Notes under the pieces: generated by a model
What the model was told of the DNA's origin: nothing
Databases searched by the model: none
What the model saw: only the letters and a program-made list of their open reading frames with translations
Part shown: piece by piece, positions 21,778 through 26,960 of the stretch
Layout: every line of letters begins with the position of its first letter
How positions within the stretch are numbered: the first letter of the stretch is position 1
Translations under genes and position numbers: made by a program
From: Paramoeba atlantica
Lineage: Eukaryota > Protista > Discosea
Direction: 5' to 3'
Assembly: GCA_977017575.1 (NCBI GenBank)
Contig: CDRNVI010000095.1
Location: forward strand, 1 to 26,960
DNA length: 26,960 nt

Positions 21778-21801
21778 TATGCACATTATGCCAACAATGA
21801 A
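21775..21801 (+). pseudogene. Short 5' remnant of the phage tail gene left of the IS1380 insertion
   Basis: CCA TAT GCA CAT TAT GCC AAC AAT GAA (PYAHYANNE) joins in frame with QYLYQLHCIGQGEY beyond the IS once one TSD copy is removed. Confidence 0.75.
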
Positions 21802-23497
21802 CCTAAATTCCTCAGTTGAAAGAAGCTGTATAATGGCTTGAGCTTATAGAATAAGGGATTATCAATGAAAATGTTACGGCCAAGTATTCACCCCGAGGGT
21901 GAAAGCTCTAGTCAAGCAGTTGAGGCCAAAGGAATTACCATTAGAAGTAGATACCTATGCAGGCAAGCTGCATGTTGAATGGGATCCGGACGCATCGGTT
22001 ACGCCGTTTGGTCAGTTACCATTTTTTATCGACTACTTGAAACTGGGTCACCGCTTTTTACCGTGGGTAGAAGATTGCCCTCTGGAATACACCAGTAATA
22101 ACGCACCAGAAAAGGTAGATGTGCTAGGGTCTTTGTTTTTATCAGTGCTGTCAGGTCATACTCGCTATGCCCATATGAAAATGCTGGCAAATGACCGAGT
22201 GAATAGAGAGTTACTAGGCATGAACAAAATAGTCAGTGATGATTCTGCACGCCGTGCGTTAAAAAAGATTGAAGAAGCAGAAGGAATTGCGTGGATGCAA
22301 CGTCACTTATATTCAACCTGTGAACCATTGCTAACAATGCCGTGGATACTAGATGTCGATACAACAATCAAACCGATTTACGGTCATCAAGAAGGAGCAA
22401 AGATTGGTTATAACCCAAAGAAATCAGGGCGTCCATCGCATACCTATCATACGTACATGATAGCGAACCTTCGCTTGGTATTAGAAGTTTGTGTTAAAGC
22501 AGGTAACGAAAGTCAATCGAGTCATTCATTAGAAGGGCTGATTGAGTTGCTGGATAAAAATACCATTGGGTAGTAAACCGTATTTAGTGCGAGGAGATTG
22601 TGATTGGGGAACAAATACAATCATGGAAGAATTAGAGTCGCGGGCCAAGGTTATTTGTTCAAGTTAAAGAAATCAAAATACGTGCAAGAGCTGATAATTA
22701 AGCATCATGGTGCCGGCGAATGGACTACCCTTGACTCAGATTGGGAAGCTAAAAGAAGCGACATTGCAACTATCGAGTTGGAACAAAACTCGTCGAGTTG
22801 TTATTGTAAGACAGAAGTTGTCTACGTCAAGAGATACGATTGCGTTAGAGCATGAAGAAAGTGGTCAGCAACAATTATCATTTGTTGAAAGACCAGAAGA
22901 TTTTAAAATTATTTCGTTACTCAGTTTTGATAACCAATAGAGATGACGACTTGGTTAGTGTGGTTTGCCATTATCGTGATAGAGCGGATTGTGAAAACCA
23001 ATTTGATGAAATTAAAAACCAATGGGGCTGGGGAGGTTATACCACGTCTGATTTAAAGAGCAGTCAGTTGATGTCGAGGATGATTGCTCTGATTTATAAT
23101 TGGTGGACGTTGTTTGTTAGATTAGCTAATCCAGATAATCATTTTGAAGCCATTACATCACGCCCACTGTTATTGAGTAGTGTGGGTAAGTTAACCCAGT
23201 CAGGGCGACAAAAGAAAATGCTATTGACCAGTCAACATGGTTCTGCTCATAAAATAAAACACTATTGTCAGCGGATTGTTAGCTTTTTTACGTCACTTAA
23301 GCGTATTGCGCCGCAGTTGACCCCTCAGGAATGCTGGAAAGGCCATTTTGATGAAAGCAACCGAGAAATTTAACTGGAAAAATCAGACTGCTGTTCCTCT
23401 GTTGCTACCCGCGCCAGGATAAATTGCAAAAGGAAGATATTTTTTCAAATTTTCCTGGAAAAATACTACGCCGGGAGAATCAACTGAGGAATTTAGG
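21802..23497 (+). mobile_element. IS1380-family insertion sequence, 1696 bp
   Basis: Perfect 18-bp terminal inverted repeats CCTAAATTCCTCAGTTGA (21802-21819) and TCAACTGAGGAATTTAGG (23480-23497); 5-bp target duplication ATGAA (21797-21801 and 23498-23502); single DDE transposase. Confidence 0.95.
21865..23422 (+). CDS. IS1380-family DDE transposase, broken by about six single-base indels
   Basis: VDTYAGKLHVEWDP..SVTP.GQL, ILDVDTT..P.YG.QEGA..GYNP.K.GRPSH, RGDCDWG, HYRDRADCENQFDEIKNQWGWGG. RBS AAGGGA precedes ATG 21865. Confidence 0.9.
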
Positions 23498-25180
23498 ATG
23501 AACAATACCTCTATCAGTTACATTGCATTGGCCAAGGTGAATACGACATTGAAAGTATTCGTATTGAAGATACGCCCATTAGTGCCTTTGCTGAAATCAC
23601 GTATGAAGTGGTGCCGCCTGGCAGTCAAGTTACCTCATTCTCACCGAATGTCATCACCGCACCGGAAATCGCGGGTCAAGAATTGTTATCAACCAGTGAT
23701 GGGGGCGGTTACGTTGGTGGCTTTGTGGTGAACCCAGCGGATACCACTGCAACAGAATTAAGCATCGACATTATCATGCCACGAGGATTGTACTATGGCC
23801 AATGATGGTGGTGGTTTAGATGCACGCACCATAACGTGGATTGTTGAGGCAAGACAAATTAATGATGAAGGTAATCCATTACAGGATTGGCAGCGCTTAG
23901 GCAGTGAAACCATGACAGCCGCTACCAATACGCCACAACGGTTAACCTATCATTATGTTGTTGCGCCAGGGCGTTATGAAGTCAGGCTACTCAGAACCAA
24001 TAATAAAGATACGTCAGCTCGTAGTGGCAATGAATTACGTTGGGCAGGATGAAAGCTACGCTTAATCAACGTGTTGAGTTGGGTAACGTCACGTTGCTCG
24101 CCATTAAAAATGCGTGCCACCGATAACTTATCACAGCGTGCCTCGCGATTAGTGAATTGCATTGTTACGCGCAAGTTACCAACGTGGAATAGAGAAACAG
24201 GTTGGAGTGCACCCAAGGCAACACGCTCAATTGCTTGGAGCTTAGCGGATATTGCAAAAAATGAATACGGTGGTAACTTGCCTGATAGCCGTATTGATTT
24301 ACAAGCGTTAGCGAACTTAGATGCGATATGGCAACCAACGCAATGATTTTGTGGATGTAGTATTTGACCAACCGATTACCGTGTGGGGAAGCGATGACAC
24401 GTGTTGCTCGTTGTGGGCGAGCAGTATGTTTTATGCAAACGGGGATTGTGCGGTTTGTTAGAGACGAGCCAAGAGAAATTCCAGTTGCCCTATTCTCACC
24501 ACGCAATATTGTTAAGCACAGTTTGAAGTTGCAATACTTACTTGCTAGTGATGATACCGCTGACAGTGTCATTGTTGAATATTTTTGTAACCAAACTTGG
24601 CGACCCGATGAAGTGGAAGTGAGTTTACCTAACAGCACCAGTGAACAACCGGCAAGAGTGGAGATTATTAGGCTGTACCGATAAGAGTCAAGCCATACGT
24701 GAAGGCAAATACATGGCAGCCACCAATCACTATCGCAGGCGTCTTGTTACCTTTCAAACAGAGCTAGAGGGATTGATACCAACCTATGGTGATTTAATTG
24801 CGATTACGCACGACATGCCAAGCTGGGGACAAGGGGCTGAAGTCGTTAGCGTTGATGGTAACACGTTAACTTTATCGGAGCCATTAACGTGGGATGAAGA
24901 TAAACTGGATGAACATGTTATTGGTCTTCGCAAGCAAGATGGTAGTGTCAGTGGCACGTATCAAGTGTTACCAAGTAATAATGCTAATCAAGTCATCATT
25001 CAAGGTGACTTTGATTTCAAACCCTATACCGGTGAATCACAAGAGCGCACACATGTGGCCTTTGGTGTTGGCAATGCGTGGAGCACATTGGCTCGCGTTA
25101 CCGCTGTGCGTCCTAGAGGAGATATCATTGAAATTAGTGCCGTTACCGAACATCCAGTCGTGCATAGTTCAGATGTGTAA
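23498..25180 (+). pseudogene. Phage tail-tip / host-specificity (TipJ-like) protein, 3' part, IS-interrupted, about six indels
   Basis: Stitched frames give QYLYQLHCIGQGEYDIESIRIEDTPI, GQEL, IDIIMPRGLYY, PGRYEVRL.R, KMRATDNLSQ, TRSIAW.LAD, YGG.LPDSRIDL..L..LD, FVRDE, YRRR.V.F.TELEG.IPTYGD. These are typical of lambda-J-like tail-tip proteins (recognised from memory). Confidence 0.85.
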
Positions 25181-25191
25181 CCTTCTTACGT

Positions 25192-25548
25192 TTAATCAAC
25201 ATGTTTACGTTCACCCAGAGATTGAGCAATCATAGAAATAACCAATGTATTTAAACTAACACCATCTAATTTGGCTTGTTGAGCTAAACGTCTGTGTAAT
25301 GATTTAGGCGCACGCTGCACCCATCTGCCGCTGGCGGTCGTTAAATCATTTGGACTTGGAATATCACGATTGGCTTCTTTAGCGGCTTCAATCCAGCACT
25401 GTACGGCATCGATTTCCATTTTCAATGGTTTCCTCAACTGTTTCACCATCAGACATACAGCCAGGCAAATCAGGAAATTCAATCAAATATCCACCACCTT
25501 CTTCCTTGGAGAGATGGCGTACAGTAAACGGGTAATCAGCTCTTTCAT
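25192..25548 (-). CDS. hicB: HicB-family antitoxin (with indels)
   Basis: YPFTVRHLSKEEGGGYLIEFPDLPGCMSDGETVEE..EN, then DAVQCWIEAAKE..R.IP.P, SGRWVQRAPKSLHRRL...AKLDGVSLNTL (RHH-type C-terminus). ATG at 25548 follows GGAG. Confidence 0.9.
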
Positions 25549-25789
25549 GACAAGGTATCTCCAATAAATTAATCAAGGCAACAAACTTTTTAATATAAAC
25601 AGGCTTTACTGGCCGATGAGCAGGGACACATAGCAATTCTATCCAAGCAGGATGGTTAAATACCACGTGACTACCTTTGCCCTTTCTCACATTAATACCA
25701 TAATGCTTAGCCACTGTTTCCAGTTGCTCAATCCTCCAATCCCGAGGATTTTCGTTCATTTTTTTGATGATTTTGCTAGCATTTCTCAT
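25545..25789 (-). CDS. hicA: HicA-family mRNA interferase toxin
   Basis: MRNASKIIKKMNENPRDWRIEQLETVAKHYG..VR.GKGSHVVF.HP....LCVPAHRPVKPVYIKK, including the GSH motif. The end is inferred from an ATGA overlap with hicB. Confidence 0.88.
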
Positions 25790-25797
25790 AATCATGC

Positions 25798-25819
25798 ATG
25801 ATACTGCATATAGTATCAT
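25798..25819 (-). promoter_or_regulatory. Palindromic operator overlapping an extended -10 upstream of hicA
   Basis: ATGATACT-gcatat-AGTATCAT is a perfect 8-bp inverted repeat 9 nt upstream of the hicA ATG. The minus strand reads TG-A-TACTAT (TGn-TATAAT-like). Confidence 0.65.
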
Positions 25820-25860
25820 TTGTCCAGCTTTTTTATATCAATGACAGAGGAAACTTGCCC

Positions 25861-26164
25861 ATGACGAGCAATAACACTGAGCCATCTAACGATGGCATCA
25901 CACTATCACAGGCACAGCTTGACGAATTAATTGAAAGAGCCTCAACACGTGGCGCACGCAAAGCGCTTATTGAAATGGGTTTGATGGATGATACGGTCAA
26001 TGACCTGCGTACACTGCGAGGGCTAGCAAAAAACCCTCAAGACGATGCAACACACGTTTGTGCAAACGATGGTGCGTTGGTTAACCATCGGCATGTTGGT
26101 GCTATTTTTCGCGGGGATTTCTGGGAAACTCGATTCACTATTTCACTTAAACAATAGCAAATAA
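25861..26164 (+). CDS. Small phage protein, DUF6127-like, with a C-terminal membrane segment; one +1 indel in the A run near 26028-26033
   Basis: ITLSQAQLDELIERASTRGARKALIEMGL..D..DLRTLRGL, then in the corrected frame TFVQTMVRWLTIGMLVLFFAGISGKL. The family is recognised from memory. Confidence 0.6.
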
Positions 26165-26214
26165 ATAAGGAATAATAGGATGGTAACCTTACTAGCTACA
26201 TTGGTGGGTTTTAT

Positions 26215-26778
26215 AGTCCTCTAAATGGTTAAAACCCCCGTCTTCCAGACGGGAAAATCTTCAGATCTTGTTGTATGATGTGGGCATGGGCAACTATACG
26301 CACAGTCACCATACGGTCTACCACCATCGATACCACATTGTTTGGGTAACGAAGTATCGTTATAAAGTTTTGCAAGGTGAGCTACGTCTTCGCGTTCGTG
26401 CTCTTGTAGCGCAAGTAGCTGAGGAAATGGGGGTTGAAATACTCAATGGAGTATTGTCAACAGAGCACATCCATCTTTTTGTTAGTATTCCACCGCATAT
26501 TTCAGTAAGTGATTTTGTTAAAAAGGCAAAGGGTCGTTCATCGCGCAAAATCCAGCAAGAGTTTCCTAGTATTCGCAAACGCTATTGGGGCAGGCATTTT
26601 TGGGGTCGTGGATATTTTAGTAGCACAAGTGGCAATGTAACAGATGATATCATTAATGCTTACATTGATAATCATGTTGATGCTCATAAAGTGGATTATG
26701 AATCGAATATGTCTTTAGACTGATACCGGCTTCAGCCTAGATCTCCAACCCACCAACTTCTAGTTGGTGGTGGTTGAG
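26215..26778 (+). mobile_element. IS200/IS605-family element, tnpA only (564 bp)
   Basis: Left hairpin CCCGTCT-TCC-AGACGGG (26237-26253); right hairpin CCACCAACT-TCT-AGTTGGTGG (26750-26770); inserted 3' of TTAT with no TSD; ends at TGAG. Confidence 0.9.
26286..26723 (+). CDS. tnpA: IS200-type HUH (Y1) transposase TnpA, intact
   Basis: HTVYHHRYHIVWVTKYRYKVL, EHIHLF (HUH), KGRSSRK, HFWGRGYF..T.G, YIDNH (catalytic Tyr). Confidence 0.96.
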   Translation: MGNYTHSHHTVYHHRYHIVWVTKYRYKVLQGELRLRVRALVAQVAEEMGVEILNGVLSTEHIHLFVSIPPHISVSDFVKKAKGRSSRKIQQEFPSIRKRYWGRHFWGRGYFSSTSGNVTDDIINAYIDNHVDAHKVDYESNMSLD

Positions 26779-26960
26779 TTCTTCAGCTTTTCCTGACATG
26801 TTAAAACTTGTCAGAGACAGAGCCGACAGGAAACATGAGCTAGCAATCTTGGACAGGCAGCTTGAAGCACAACGTGAAGGCCATGTTCAGCGTTTAGAAG
26901 AAATTGAAGTGCAAGCTGACATGGCTGAAAGCAAAGCACTGTATCAACATGCCAGTCTTC

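Larger units (their letters stand above)
26180..26960 (+). pseudogene. Conserved phage hypothetical protein (lysis-region type) split by the IS200 element; runs off the window end
   Basis: Removing 26215-26778 restores MVTLLATLVGFISSAFPDMLKLVRDRADRKHELAILDRQLEAQREGHVQRLEEIEVQADMAESKALYQHASL in frame. RBS-like AGGA/TAAGG lies upstream. Confidence 0.8.

Noticed and set aside
21775-21831. Functional Nad11-phage tail fusion protein
   Set aside because: The in-frame join runs only nine codons before the IS1380 end and depends on a junction that is probably artefactual.
21802-23497. IS1380 transposition into the mitochondrial genome as the cause of the junction
   Set aside because: Both TSD copies are flanked by phage-gene sequence; the mitochondrial boundary is ~25 bp outside the left TIR.
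23498-23731. 77-aa ORF starting at the TSD ATG with GAGGA from the IS end as RBS
   Set aside because: It is out of frame with the tail gene it overlaps and has no recognisable features; a by-product of the insertion.
24050-24052. TGA read-through in the phage tail gene
   Set aside because: The coding frame changes here (GGA-TGA-AAG versus G-ATG-AAA-GCT), so it is an indel. The bacterial segment uses TGG for Trp and TGA as stop (tnpA).
23974-25567. Track ORFs 23974-24216(-), 24165-24638(-), 24894-25235(+) and 25370-25567(+)
   Set aside because: Alternative-frame or antisense shadows of the tail gene and hicB.
26360-26578. Minus-strand 72-aa ORF
   Set aside because: Antisense to the well-supported tnpA.
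26724-26778. tnpB or omega-RNA-type cargo downstream of tnpA
   Set aside because: Only 55 bp separate the tnpA stop from the right end, leaving no room for tnpB.
1-26960. CRISPR array, group I/II introns or a retroelement
   Set aside because: No regularly spaced repeats were seen. The conserved mitochondrial genes are uninterrupted and of normal length, and no RT or homing-endonuclease motifs were recognised.

Overview
The window has two unrelated parts joined at about 21775-21780. Bases 1-~21777 are a very AT-rich protist mitochondrial genome with all genes on the + strand, read with TGA=Trp (table 4), which is why the supplied ORF track is fragmented. Gene order: rns 3' end, candidate 5S rRNA, trnS(gcu), trnF(gaa), rps11, rpl19-like ORF, nad9, nad7, rpl11, rpl10-like ORF, rps12, rps7, rpl2, rps19, rps3, rpl16, rpl14, rpl5, rps14, rps8, rpl6, a small rpl18-like ORF, rps13, a ~1160-codon unknown ORF, atp8, cob, atp4-like ORF, nad3, atp6, nad4L, nad5, nad6 and a truncated nad11. 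An amoebozoan-type host is a plausible inference but is not proven. Bases ~21778-26960 are bacterial prophage DNA (roughly 40-45% GC by eye, standard code): a TipJ-like tail gene interrupted by a complete IS1380-family element (18-bp TIRs, 5-bp TSD), an inverted hicAB toxin-antitoxin pair, a DUF6127-like phage gene, and a phage gene interrupted by a minimal IS200-type element. Single-base indels, mostly in homopolymer runs, are rare in the first 20 kb and dense from ~21.1 to ~26.0 kb. The junction is therefore most likely a chimeric-read or assembly artefact, though a real insertion cannot be excluded from sequence alone. The most promising leads are the divergent 5S rRNA with a 5S-binding uL18-like micro-ORF, the giant ORF, a frame-independent purine 13-mer, predicted 5' tRNA editing, and a natural cob G143A. 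All protein family calls come from manual translation and remembered motifs; no searches were run.
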